Assembly: GCA_947258975.1 (NCBI GenBank)
Contig: CAMYKK010000016.1
Span: 6,673-70,672 of the forward strand
From: an uncultured Gammaproteobacteria bacterium
GTDB lineage: Bacteria; Pseudomonadota; Gammaproteobacteria; Arenicellales; JAANXG01
Direction of reading: 5' to 3'
Length of the DNA stretch: 64,000 nucleotides
Shown: piece after piece, positions 49,380 through 59,594 of the stretch
Position numbering within the stretch: position 1 is the stretch's first letter
Layout of the letters: each line of letters starts with the position of its first letter
Position numbers and translations under genes: made by a program
Notes under the pieces: generated by a model
Told to the model about the DNA's origin: nothing
The model's input: only the letters and a program-made list of their open reading frames with translations
Database searches by the model: none

Positions 49380-50899
49380 TACATTGCTTCCATGATCGGT
49401 AGAGTGAAAGAAAAAGTAGCGCCGCCTGCTGCGTTTGATGTCGCTGACAGTACACCGTCGTGGGCTTCAATGATCCTGTGGCTGATGGACAAACCCAGTC
49501 CTGTACCGTTTTCTTTCGTTGTGTAGAAGGCGGTGAACAGGTTGGTCATATCGTCGGTGAATCCACAACCGGTGTCGCTGATTTTTACTAGTAGCGTATC
49601 GTCGTGTTTGCAGGTTTCTATATCCAGCTGCCGCAAATCACTGGCCTCCGTTGCTTCAATTGCGTTCCATACGAGATTCAGCACTACCTGTTCGACCTGT
49701 AATTGGTCGGCCCAAACACCGGGAAGATGCTTGCCAAGATGCAGTTTCACATCGACTTCATTCATATGAATTTCGTGACTTACCATTGCCAACACGTCTT
49801 TTATGACCGCATTCAAGTGGACGATCTCTCGATCGAGCGCACCGGTCTTTACGAATTGGCGAAGTCGGCGAATGATGTTGCCGGCGCGTATTCCCTGCTC
49901 GGATATCTGACTCAAGGCGTCACCGATTACGTCTTCTGGAATTTTATCTTTCTTGAATAGATTCTGGCATGCGTCGGCAAAACTAACGATGGCGGTCAAC
50001 GGCTGATTGAGTTCGTGGGCGATCCCGGATGCCATTTCCCCCAACGCGGCCAGGCGCGCGGCGTGTGCGTGTTCAGCCAGCCTCTCTCGTTCTCGCTTCT
50101 CCGACAAACGCCGTTCCGATGTGTCTCGAATAACGCCCGTAAACAACCGTCGGTCCGGTAACAACACTTCGCTGAGGCCCAATTCCATCGGAAACGTGCT
50201 GCCGTCTCTGCGGAGACCCATCAGCTCTCGCCCGCTTCCTATGACCTTGGCCTCGCCTGTGCGCAGGTAATTTTTAATATATCTATCATGTTCCTCGCGG
50301 TAAGGAGACGGCATCAATATTTTTACATTCCGGCCTATCGCCTCTTGCGCGTCGTATCCAAAGAGCCTTTCCGCCGCCGGATTAATGGACTCGATGATAC
50401 CTTCGGTGTCGATGGTGACAATACCTTCGATTGCAGTCTGGACGACAGCGTGCAGTCTGGCCGCATGTTCCTCGATCTCCCGTTGAGCGCGTTTCTTGCC
50501 GGTAATATCCAGTCCGGCGCCTATGATCCAGCGAACACGTCCATTGTCCTCACGTATTGACGAATTGAACCAGTGGACACAAATTCGCCGTCCGTCCTTG
50601 GTCAGCCAGTAGTTTTCATTCTCGTTGGGGACCGGCTTTTGGACGAGCTCGTCAAACACAGCCTTTACCTCATCCACCTGCTCGGGAAGCAACAGGCGGT
50701 CCCACACAAATTCGCCGATAACTTCGCCCCGGTCATATCCGGTGGCGGTTTCACATGCGTTATTGAAATAGACCACCCGGCCCTCCGGGTCCAGTGCGAC
50801 CAACAGCACGCCGGTGTGGGCGAGTATCGCCGCCGCGGTTCCGGGCTCGGTGGCAAGCGGATCGAATTGTTGTGCCGGTTGTTGATGTTTTACCGTCAT
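49376..50899 (-). CDS. fixL: FixL-like PAS-PAS histidine kinase with heme-PAS
   Basis: LMPSPYREEHDRYIKNYLRTGEAKVIGSGR heme-PAS motif, AHELNQPL H-box, GTGLGL. Confidence 0.88.
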   Translation of the reverse strand: MTVKHQQPAQQFDPLATEPGTAAAILAHTGVLLVALDPEGRVVYFNNACETATGYDRGEVIGEFVWDRLLLPEQVDEVKAVFDELVQKPVPNENENYWLTKDGRRICVHWFNSSIREDNGRVRWIIGAGLDITGKKRAQREIEEHAARLHAVVQTAIEGIVTIDTEGIIESINPAAERLFGYDAQEAIGRNVKILMPSPYREEHDRYIKNYLRTGEAKVIGSGRELMGLRRDGSTFPMELGLSEVLLPDRRLFTGVIRDTSERRLSEKRERERLAEHAHAARLAALGEMASGIAHELNQPLTAIVSFADACQNLFKKDKIPEDVIGDALSQISEQGIRAGNIIRRLRQFVKTGALDREIVHLNAVIKDVLAMVSHEIHMNEVDVKLHLGKHLPGVWADQLQVEQVVLNLVWNAIEATEASDLRQLDIETCKHDDTLLVKISDTGCGFTDDMTNLFTAFYTTKENGTGLGLSISHRIIEAHDGVLSATSNAAGGATFSFTLPIMEAMY

Positions 50900-51038
50900 T
50901 GCTCTGTGGGTGGCGAAAACACCGCGTCATGGATGAGCGGAACCTTATCGCATATCCCGTGGATGGGGCCAACTTACTCTACCCGTGCGGGAAATGATGG
51001 TCGCAATTGGTGCTTGCGCCAGGCATGGAATATTAGTA

Positions 51039-51058
51039 TATTAGTGATCACTTATAAT
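51039..51058. promoter_or_regulatory. AT-rich palindromic operator overlapping a TATAAT -10 upstream of tolC
   Basis: TATT-AGTGATCACT-TATA (16/18 symmetric); TATAAT at 51053-51058; ATATTAG repeated three times nearby. Confidence 0.5.
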
Positions 51059-51113
51059 ATTAGCCGGCGTTCCTGCGTGGGCGCACAAAAACGAGTGGGC
51101 GGGGCTTATATAA

Positions 51114-52475
51114 ATGAAACGCTTGAATTTGCTGGTTATCTGTATGTTGTGGTTCCATGGCGCCGCGTCTGCGGAGCCGTTCACTACCCTCGAGCAGGCG
51201 GTGGGCTATACCGTCGATCGGAATTTTTCACTGCGTGCCTCGGCACAGCAGCTTGCCACCGCCGAGGCCCAGATCGGCGTGGCGGAGTCGGCGCGTCGTC
51301 CCCAATTGATGATTCGTTACGCCTTTCAGGCCAGCGACAATCCATTGGACGCCTTTGCCGCGTCCCTGAATACGCGCACTGTTCAGGCGGAGGATTTCGA
51401 TCCAGACCGCCTCAACGACCCGGATGTCAGTACCCTGTTCAGCGGTGCCGTGGCGCTCCAGTATTCGCTATATAACGGCGGGCGTACCGAGGCGGATATT
51501 GACAGCGCGCAAGGCAATTCCAACGCCATAAGGCTGCAACACCGCAGGTTTTTGCAACGTTTGGCCTTCAATACCATGCGCGCTTATTACAACAGCCAAG
51601 CCGCTGAACACGGTGTAGTGATCGCCAAGGATGCAGAAACCGCCGCCAGGCGTCACGTCAAGACCACCCGCCAGCTAGTGAAGGAAGACCGCACCGTGAA
51701 ATCGGATCAGCTCACCGCTGAGGTGAATTGGTCGGCCTTCAAGAGTTTAACGACTCAATCCGCGACCGATCTGAAAGTGGCTTACAATCGGCTGAAGGTG
51801 GCGATGGGAATGCCCCAGACGCAAGCGATCTCGGTTTCCCCGTTGAGTCTTGCATCAAACCCGGTACAACTGCGGGACGTCGGCAGCTACGAACAACAAG
51901 GCTTTGCGTCGCGTCTTGACCTGGAGGCGCTCAAAACGGCGCTGGACACGGCACGAGCGCAGATCCGCTCCGCCGAGGCGCGACTGCGCCCGCGGGTGGA
52001 TTTGGTGGCGGATGCGACCCTATATCGGGATGATCCCCGCGTTAACGAGCCCTCGTGGCGAGTGATGGGAATGATAAGCCAGGATCTTTATACCGGTGGG
52101 CGTACCCGTAGCAGCGTCGACGCGGCGCGATCCCGCGCCGACACCATTCGTTATCAGCTCGAATCTCTCCGTCAGGAGATTCTTGGCGAGATCCACCAAG
52201 CCTATGACCGCGTCGGGGAGTCTCAAGCTCGACTCGAGATCGCGAAGGGCAATGTCGCCAGGGCCCGCCGTAACGTCAGGATGATCAGCGAACGCTATGG
52301 GCAGGGCCGTACCATCCTCATCGACTTGCTGGGCGCAGAACAGAGGCTTGTCGCGGCCCGTAACGAAGAACTCAACGCCCAGCAAGCATTGATGACCAAC
52401 CTCGCGGCCCTTGGTTTGGCGGACGGCAGCCTGAACCCGCACGCCAAGTTCGGTGATCAAGGCACAACGCAGTGA
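51114..52475 (+). CDS. TolC-family outer membrane efflux protein
   Basis: Signal peptide, two OEP repeats (SLYNGG, DLYTGG), RYGQG.TILIDLL. Confidence 0.88.
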   Translation: MKRLNLLVICMLWFHGAASAEPFTTLEQAVGYTVDRNFSLRASAQQLATAEAQIGVAESARRPQLMIRYAFQASDNPLDAFAASLNTRTVQAEDFDPDRLNDPDVSTLFSGAVALQYSLYNGGRTEADIDSAQGNSNAIRLQHRRFLQRLAFNTMRAYYNSQAAEHGVVIAKDAETAARRHVKTTRQLVKEDRTVKSDQLTAEVNWSAFKSLTTQSATDLKVAYNRLKVAMGMPQTQAISVSPLSLASNPVQLRDVGSYEQQGFASRLDLEALKTALDTARAQIRSAEARLRPRVDLVADATLYRDDPRVNEPSWRVMGMISQDLYTGGRTRSSVDAARSRADTIRYQLESLRQEILGEIHQAYDRVGESQARLEIAKGNVARARRNVRMISERYGQGRTILIDLLGAEQRLVAARNEELNAQQALMTNLAALGLADGSLNPHAKFGDQGTTQ

Positions 52476-52831
52476 GCGTGAGCAAGTGTCTGGCGGTGCT
52501 AGTAACGGGTGTGTTGCTTGCCGCCTGTCATCAAGCACCAACACCCAGTCCACAAGTCGAGCGGGCGTCGCTCGAACGCCGCACGGTCGAAATTGGACCG
52601 GCCAAAACCGGACAGATTCTGACCGCGCCCAAGGACGCGCTGCTTACCCGCGCTGGAATCCCGGGGGTGTTCGTGTACCGGCAGGGTATGGCGCGTTTCC
52701 AAATGGTCAAGGTTGGGCGAACCGTGCGGGCGTCAGTGGAGATTCTGAGTGGGCTTAACGGCGACGAGACGTTGGTGGTTGGTGATTTGAAATCGGTTTA
52801 TGACGGTTCTCCGGTAATACCCACCAAGTGA
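52472..52831 (+). CDS. Miniature lipoprotein RND adaptor (membrane-proximal domain only)
   Basis: Lipobox LLAAC; P..ALL.RAG..GVFV...ARFQMVKVG...VEILSGL..DETLVV matches the MFP C-terminal domain; GTGA overlap with tolC. Confidence 0.7.
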   Translation: MSVSKCLAVLVTGVLLAACHQAPTPSPQVERASLERRTVEIGPAKTGQILTAPKDALLTRAGIPGVFVYRQGMARFQMVKVGRTVRASVEILSGLNGDETLVVGDLKSVYDGSPVIPTK

Positions 52832-52847
52832 TAAGGCCGAGAAATCA

Positions 52848-55800
52848 ATGAGCAATAACCATCAACCGCGCCCGGAGCCGCGCTTAAACGCAGCGGGACG
52901 TATCGCCAGCTATTTCATAGACAGCAAGCTCACAGTGCTGTTGGTGTTGTTTTCCTTTGTCGCGGGCCTCTTGGCGTTTCTGATTACACCACGTGAGGAG
53001 AATCCACAGATTGTGGTCCCCGCGGCCAATGTCATGATCGAGAAGCCGGGGGCATCACCGAAAGAGGTCGAACAGCTGATTGTGAAGCCTCTGGAGGCAA
53101 TTCTTCAGGGCATGTCGGGTATTGAACACACATACGGTATTGCCATGGATTCACTGGGCGTGGTCAGCGTTCAGTTCGAGGTCGGTGAAGACAAAGAGGA
53201 ATCGTTGGTCAAACTGTACGACCGGATTATGAGTAATCTGGACCGCATTCCACCCGGCACGCAACAGCCCCTGGTCAAACCAGTGGACGTCGATGACGTG
53301 CCGATTCTTGTTATATCACTGTCCTCCCAGGTGCGAGACGATCTGCAGTTGCGGCGTATTGCCAACGATGTGCTGGAACACTTGCGCCAGGTGGACGGGA
53401 CCTCGGCCTCCTTCGTGCATGGCGGACGCCGCCGCCAAATCAATGTGCATCTCGACCTGTCGCGAATGCGTGAATTCAATGTCGCGTTGGCGGATATCCG
53501 CCGGGTGTTGGAGGCCACCAACGTCGATATGCCCTCGGGGAAATTGATCAGCAGTAATCTCGAAGCAAAGGTGCGGGCCGGCGCGTTTCTTCGCGATGCC
53601 GACGATGTGGGTGAGTTGGTGGTAGCTGTGGACCGGCATCGCCCGGTGTATTTGAAACAAATCGCCCGCATCAGCGACGGAGCAGGTGACATTGAGCGTG
53701 TCCATCGCATTGGCTTCGGGTCCGCATATACCGGTCAGCGGCCGGATGACTACGAGGTACCGGCGGTCGCTATTGCAATTGCCAAACGATCCGGGTCCAA
53801 CGCGGTTGCGGTTGCCGATCACGTGATTGCGGAGTTGCAACGCGTGCGCCGGGATCGGGTGCCCGATGACGTCATCGTCAACGTGACCAGAAATGACGGC
53901 GAGCGGGCCAGGGACGCCGTGAATACCTTGATGGAACACTTGGTCATTGCCGTATCGACCATCATCCTGCTGTTAGTGGTGTTTCTGGGTTGGCGTGCCG
54001 CGGGTGTCGTCACTATAACGATTCCACTGATCCTGTTCATCACCTTGGCAGTGGGATTCGTGGCGGGCCAGAGCATTAATCGCATCACTTTGTTTGCGTT
54101 GATTCTCTCGCTCGGTCTGCTGGTGGATGACTCGATCGTGGTCATCGAGAATATCTACCGGCATTACGGCGAAAAAGGTGCGGATCGCCTGAAAAGGGCG
54201 GTGTTCGCCGTCAATGAAATCGGCAAACCCACGAATCTGGCAACTTTCACGGTAATCCTCGCGTTTTTACCGATGCTGTGGGTAACAGGGATGATGGGAC
54301 CGTACATGGGGCCGATCCCGTTCAATGTGCCGGTGGCGATGATCACATCGCTGCTCATCGCCTATACCGTGGCGCCGTGGGCCGCGTACCGGTGGTTGAA
54401 GGTCAATGGACACGGCCATCAAAACGCCCCCGGAATTCTGGAACGCGGCTATGCGGCTGTCATGGCTTTGCTGCTCAAGGTCAGAATCGTGCGGGTATTG
54501 TTTTTCCTGGTGATATTGGCGTTGATGGGGATGGTGTTGGCGATGCCTGTTTACGACCTCGTGCGGTTCAAGATGCTTCCGAAAAACAACACCAATACAT
54601 TGAATGTCACCGTCGATATGCCGGAAGGCACGGCGTTGGAGGATACCGACCGCGTGATGCGCTTGGTCGGGGATGTGCTGCGCGCAAATCCGGATGTCGA
54701 GACCTACGAGACGACGGTGGGTGAATCTGGGATCGTCGATTTTAGCGGTATGCTGCGCGGGAGTGGCCTAAAGCAGGGGGGGCACTTGGGCGAGGTGCGT
54801 GTGAATCTGCGGAACAAACACGTGCGAGAGCATAGTTCGATCGACATCGCTTTACGGTTGCGGCAGCCCATTGCCGCGGTCGCGAGCGAGACGGGGGCGA
54901 CTATCAAACTGGTGGAAGATCCGCCCGGCCCCCCGGTACGCGCGACGATTCTTGCGGAATTATACGGGCCGGATTATCACCAGCTGCGACAGATTGCCGG
55001 CCAATTGCGCAAAGAAGTATTCATGGAAACGTACGACGTCGTGGATATCGATGACTCAGTCGGAGATGATGTGCGTGAGTTCAAGATCGTCGTGAACCGA
55101 GAAAAGGCGGCCCTTGCCGGCATTCCGCCGCTTGACATAGCGCAGACATTGAGAACTTTTCTCGACGGCTTTGACGTCGGCACTGTACACATGGAATTAG
55201 AAAAGGAGCCGGTACCGATCCGTTTCCAGATCCCGACTTCGGATCGACGAAAACCAGAAGACTTGAAGCAGATATTTTTCATCACGCCCCAGGGACGACA
55301 GGTTCCTCTGAGCCGTATTGCCGATGTGGTCGAGGTCACTGCGCCGAAATCGATACATCACAAGGACCAAAGGCCGGTGGTGTACGTGACCGGCGAACTC
55401 GGGTCAACCAGCCAAGTGTATGCGGTGATGGATATGTGGAAACATCTGCACAACAATCCGTTGCCTGGTGACGTCAAGCTGACCCAGTATTTTCTGGGAG
55501 AACCGGACGCGTCTAATTGGAGTTTGCGGTGGGACGGCGAGATGCGACTGACACTGGACGTGTTTCGGGATCTTGGCGCGGCATTTGGCGTCGCCATCTT
55601 GTTGATCTACTTGATACTGGTGGGCTATTACCGATCATTTGTCATACCGCTGGTGGTGATGGGAGCCATTCCGCTTACAATTGTCGGAGTGTTTCCTGGG
55701 CATGCGGTCATGGGGCAATACTTCACGGCTACATCGATGATCGGGGTCATTGCTCTTGCCGGCATCGTGGTGCGTAACTCGCTATTGCTCATTGATTTTA

Positions 55801-56093
55801 TCCTCGAGTACCGGAAACAGGGTCACCGGTTGGATGACGCAGTTCTGCAAGCGGGAATCACGCGCCTCAGACCGATCACGTTGACGGCGTTTGCGATCAT
55901 TCTCGGAACGCTGGTGATGATTTTGGATCCGGTGTTTGGTGGGTTGGCGATATCGCTGATCTTCGGTACCTTTGCATCAACGCTGCTCACACTTTTCGTG
56001 ATTCCGCTTCTGTATTTCAGTGTGCAAAGATCATCTGTTGATCTGAGTCCCTCGCCAAGCGATCCTACTACGCGTCAAGTGATCGAAACCTAG
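52848..56093 (+). CDS. AcrB/CzcA-family RND permease
   Basis: TPREENPQIVVP, LGLLVDDSIVVIEN, GIVVRNSLLLIDF, RLRPI.LT. Confidence 0.93.
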   Translation: MSNNHQPRPEPRLNAAGRIASYFIDSKLTVLLVLFSFVAGLLAFLITPREENPQIVVPAANVMIEKPGASPKEVEQLIVKPLEAILQGMSGIEHTYGIAMDSLGVVSVQFEVGEDKEESLVKLYDRIMSNLDRIPPGTQQPLVKPVDVDDVPILVISLSSQVRDDLQLRRIANDVLEHLRQVDGTSASFVHGGRRRQINVHLDLSRMREFNVALADIRRVLEATNVDMPSGKLISSNLEAKVRAGAFLRDADDVGELVVAVDRHRPVYLKQIARISDGAGDIERVHRIGFGSAYTGQRPDDYEVPAVAIAIAKRSGSNAVAVADHVIAELQRVRRDRVPDDVIVNVTRNDGERARDAVNTLMEHLVIAVSTIILLLVVFLGWRAAGVVTITIPLILFITLAVGFVAGQSINRITLFALILSLGLLVDDSIVVIENIYRHYGEKGADRLKRAVFAVNEIGKPTNLATFTVILAFLPMLWVTGMMGPYMGPIPFNVPVAMITSLLIAYTVAPWAAYRWLKVNGHGHQNAPGILERGYAAVMALLLKVRIVRVLFFLVILALMGMVLAMPVYDLVRFKMLPKNNTNTLNVTVDMPEGTALEDTDRVMRLVGDVLRANPDVETYETTVGESGIVDFSGMLRGSGLKQGGHLGEVRVNLRNKHVREHSSIDIALRLRQPIAAVASETGATIKLVEDPPGPPVRATILAELYGPDYHQLRQIAGQLRKEVFMETYDVVDIDDSVGDDVREFKIVVNREKAALAGIPPLDIAQTLRTFLDGFDVGTVHMELEKEPVPIRFQIPTSDRRKPEDLKQIFFITPQGRQVPLSRIADVVEVTAPKSIHHKDQRPVVYVTGELGSTSQVYAVMDMWKHLHNNPLPGDVKLTQYFLGEPDASNWSLRWDGEMRLTLDVFRDLGAAFGVAILLIYLILVGYYRSFVIPLVVMGAIPLTIVGVFPGHAVMGQYFTATSMIGVIALAGIVVRNSLLLIDFILEYRKQGHRLDDAVLQAGITRLRPITLTAFAIILGTLVMILDPVFGGLAISLIFGTFASTLLTLFVIPLLYFSVQRSSVDLSPSPSDPTTRQVIET

Positions 56094-56229
56094 ACATATA
56101 TTGCACCAGGGCAATCCGCGTTCATTCTTGCCAATTACACGGGAGACCCATATGTTGCTATAACCAAACGACCCTGCGACCACGCGCAGGACAAGTCCCT
56201 TCGCCATCATCCGGGATCCGTGGTGCAAT

Positions 56230-57096
56230 ATGCTGATTAGAAAATTATTGTTGATTGTGTCGGGTTGGCTTGCGGCCTGCAGTCATGGTCCGCCGGCGCC
56301 CCCTTACAGCGAAATACAAGCCACGCTCGCGGTACTGGCGCAAGACTACCCGGCTATTGCGCAGCGGCTCGAGTACGGCAAGAGTGTGGATGGCCGGAAT
56401 CTTGCGGTCCTGCGCATTGCGACCTCGCCGTTGCGCAAATCTGCAAGGTCAGTGGTCATTCTCGGTGCCATTCATGGCGATGAGTATATGCATATTGTGG
56501 ACCGGTTGGGAATATGGTTGCTGAGCGTATCCGGTAAACCCTGGTTGCGCGGATTCCTTGCTCGTGGACACCGCATTTATATTGTCCCCATTGCCAATCC
56601 GGACGGATACGAGAACTGGCGCAACTGTCGATTCGGACCGCGCCGCAACAACGCCAACCGGGTGGATCTGAACCGCGATTTTGACGTGATATCCACCGGC
56701 GAAAAGAGATTGACTCAGCCCGAAACCCGGGGATTGATTGAACTGCTGGAACGAGAAGCGGCAAGCGTTCGCCTGGTCATGAATTATCATTGTTGTGCGG
56801 GGGCATTGGCTTATCCGGGTGGGCACTACAAATTTTATATGCCGGATGAAGACAAACGACGCCACGTTGAGATCGCGCGCGAACTGCATGGCATACTATG
56901 GGGGGACATCGAGATCGGCGATTGGAAGTCTGTTGTGGACTACACGGGACTCGGCGTTGCCATTGATTACTTCTATCAGCGCCACCATGCCGTGTCTTTC
57001 CTATACGAAGGTGTTTCGTAGGAAGATAGATTTTTTGCGCATCACGCCAAGGCGTGGCAGTTCTTGTTGCGCCGGGTTGTAGACGTAGAATGGTGA
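56230..57096 (+). pseudogene. M14 zinc carboxypeptidase lipoprotein with probable premature TAG at 57019-57021
   Basis: Lipobox LAAC, HGDE, NPDG, DLNRDF, NYH, YEG; the frame continues 24 codons past TAG to a TGA overlapping the next start. Confidence 0.6.
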
Positions 57097-57836
57097 GCGC
57101 CGAACCCATGCCCTGGCAATGGTATTGCCCGCTGCTGATGGTCGTCGGCCTGAGTCTGTTGATTATCTCCTGCGCCCCAAGGTCAACGCCGGTCCACCCG
57201 CATCCTCGTTACGGTTGGGTCAGCGACCGCGGTGCAGATCCGTACGATCAGGGAATCCGTATCATTTTACCGCCTGCCGCCCCCTCGATTCAGTACCGGT
57301 ACCGGCCGCTGCCCACCACTGACGAGCGGAGTAATTTTTTGGGAATTCACGAAGGCATCGACATCAGCGGCGAGATCGGGGATCCGATCTTGGCTCCGGC
57401 GCCGGGCGTAGTGGTGGAGTCGCAGCGCTCCTGGTTGTGGGGAAACACGGTGCGCATCGACCATGGCCGTGACGATCGTGGACGTTTTATACAAACGATG
57501 TACCTACACCTGACGGAAAGGCAGGTCGAGATGAACGACCGGGTGCGCCGCGGACAACAGATCGGCACCATGGGCATCACGGGTGCAAGTGCGGGTAACC
57601 CCACGCACCTGCACTTTGTCGTTTATGCGGGGCCGGCGGCTGAATTCTCTACCCGGCATAAACCGGTCAATCCTCACGGGTATTGGGCCGACGGCGTCGG
57701 GGTGATCACTTGTTATGAGGATCCACACCCTATACCCGAGCAGCCGTTACGGTTTACTTATCTATCCGGTTGCGTGCCGGGGGATGTGAAGACGTCGATC
57801 TTCGCGGCTATCTTGTCCCCGCGCAGCAGGGGATAA
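57090..57836 (+). CDS. M23 family metallopeptidase (probable lipoprotein)
   Basis: HEGID, YLHL, V.RGQ.IG.MG.TG, HLHF; hydrophobic stretch ending IISC; start uncertain. Confidence 0.85.
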   Translation: MVSAEPMPWQWYCPLLMVVGLSLLIISCAPRSTPVHPHPRYGWVSDRGADPYDQGIRIILPPAAPSIQYRYRPLPTTDERSNFLGIHEGIDISGEIGDPILAPAPGVVVESQRSWLWGNTVRIDHGRDDRGRFIQTMYLHLTERQVEMNDRVRRGQQIGTMGITGASAGNPTHLHFVVYAGPAAEFSTRHKPVNPHGYWADGVGVITCYEDPHPIPEQPLRFTYLSGCVPGDVKTSIFAAILSPRSRG

Positions 57837-57989
57837 GCCGCTCCCACAGGTACGGAGGACGCGCTGTGGGAAACACGAACCCCGCATCAATGACCACAGC
57901 GCGGTCAGCGCTGCGGTAACGTAACATAAGCCGCATGGGCATACGCCGCCGCTACAGTTGCTCTCGAGGCCAGCGCAAATTACAGTCTC

Positions 57990-59327
57990 GTGCTTTTGCA
58001 TTCATACGTGGGCAACACCTTGGCGCGCCAGCAGACGGCATCGATAATCACTGACCATTTTCCACCCCTGGCCTTGGCGTGGACGGTGTGGGGCCTGGGC
58101 GCCGTACTCTATCTCGTCGGTTTCTTTCAGCGTGTTGCCCCGGCGGTGATGGGCGACGAACTGTCGCTCACATTCGAGCTAAGCGCGGTCGGCCTGGGAA
58201 ACCTGTCGGCGTTCTATTTCTACAGCTACGTTGCCATGCAGATCCCCACCGGATTGCTGGCGGACCGTTGGGGGCCGCGCCGCCTCCTGTGTTTGGGTAC
58301 GCTCGTGGCGGCCTTCGGCACCTTGGTTTTCGCCCTTGCCGCCAACAGCAGCGTCGCCGGCATCGGCCGCCTGCTGGTCGGTGGTTCAGTCGCGGTGGCC
58401 TTCGTCGGCATGCTCAAATTGGCCAGCCACTGGCTGCCGCTGAAGCAATACGCGACGGCCAGCGGGCTGGCGCTGTTCGCCGGTATTTGCGGTGCGGTAT
58501 TTGCCGGCGTGCCGTTGCAAATTAGCGTCGCCGCCATAGGATGGCGCCAGGTGATGGTGTTGATGGCCATCTTCACCGGGGTGCTGGCGGTTTGCATCTG
58601 GTGGCTGGTGCGCGATGACCCGGTCGAACGTGGTTACCTTTCCCATGCACCGGAACACAGTGAAAGCGATGTCCAGTTCGGGGTATGGGCGGGTCTGCGC
58701 AAGGTCATGGCCTATCGCAACACATGGCTGTTGACATTGGTGCCTGGCGGGGTGGTGGGCTGCCTGTTGACCTTCGCCGGTCTTTGGGGGGTGCCGTTCC
58801 TCACCTCGCAGTATGGGCTCACGCCGGTGGGTGCGGCTGCGGTGACCTCGGCGCTGATGGTGGCCTGGGCCTTGGGCGGGCCGGTATTCGGGGCACTCTC
58901 GGATCGCGTCGAGGCGCGGAAATTGCCCTACGTCGTCGGCGTTTGGGTAGTCCTGATCGGTTGGTTGGTGGTGGTTTACGTGCCGGTCCTGCCGGTTTGG
59001 CTGCTGGTGGCGGTGTTGGTGGTAATCGGGTTTTTCTCCGGTTGCATGATCTTGGGTTTTGCGTTTGCCAAGGAGTCCGTGCCGATCTCGCTCGCGGGGA
59101 CGGTCTCCGGCGTTGTCAACAGCGGCGTGATGAGCGGACCGATGCTGCTGCAGCCGGGGGTGGGTTGGATGCTGGATCGAATGTGGCAAGGCCAGGCACA
59201 GGCCGGCGTGCGCGTCTACGATCTACCGGCCTATCAGGCCGGCTTCAATCTGATGTTGGCGTGGGCCGCGCTGGCAGCGGTGCTGATCCTGTTCACCCGC
59301 GACACCCATTGCCAACAGACTCAGTGA
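57990..59327 (+). CDS. MFS transporter
   Basis: FFQRVAP, MQIPTGLLADRWGPRR motif A, about 12 TMs; start uncertain. Confidence 0.9.
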   Translation: MLLHSYVGNTLARQQTASIITDHFPPLALAWTVWGLGAVLYLVGFFQRVAPAVMGDELSLTFELSAVGLGNLSAFYFYSYVAMQIPTGLLADRWGPRRLLCLGTLVAAFGTLVFALAANSSVAGIGRLLVGGSVAVAFVGMLKLASHWLPLKQYATASGLALFAGICGAVFAGVPLQISVAAIGWRQVMVLMAIFTGVLAVCIWWLVRDDPVERGYLSHAPEHSESDVQFGVWAGLRKVMAYRNTWLLTLVPGGVVGCLLTFAGLWGVPFLTSQYGLTPVGAAAVTSALMVAWALGGPVFGALSDRVEARKLPYVVGVWVVLIGWLVVVYVPVLPVWLLVAVLVVIGFFSGCMILGFAFAKESVPISLAGTVSGVVNSGVMSGPMLLQPGVGWMLDRMWQGQAQAGVRVYDLPAYQAGFNLMLAWAALAAVLILFTRDTHCQQTQ

Positions 59328-59370
59328 CAGCGGGTTCCGTAGTTTGCACCCAGGCCCCCAACACCATACA

Positions 59371-59455
59371 AGCGCCAGCGAGGAATCTTACCGTGTTGGA
59401 GGTTCATAACGGCATTAACCGGGTAAGATCCTTCGGCTTGCGCCTCAGGATGACA
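59371..59455. repeat. REP-like inverted repeat of the same family as 3613-3887
   Basis: CGAGGAATCTTACC ... GGTAAGATCCTTCGGCTTGCGCCTCAGGATGACA. Confidence 0.65.
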
Positions 59456-59594
59456 AGAAACAAAAGCGACTTGGGATGCTTGTTAGTCACTCCAGGCGCG
59501 GTGTTCAGCCGCCCGCCCCTGCGCGTAGCCGCAGGGCAAGTTCCTTCGTCATCATCCCGGACCTTGGGGCCATATACGGTTTGTCTGTCTTGTC

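Noticed and set aside
57823-57850. GTGG-type REP (reverse of GTGGGAGCGGCTTATCCC) at the M23 3' end
   Set aside because: Single degenerate copy with no partner in the window
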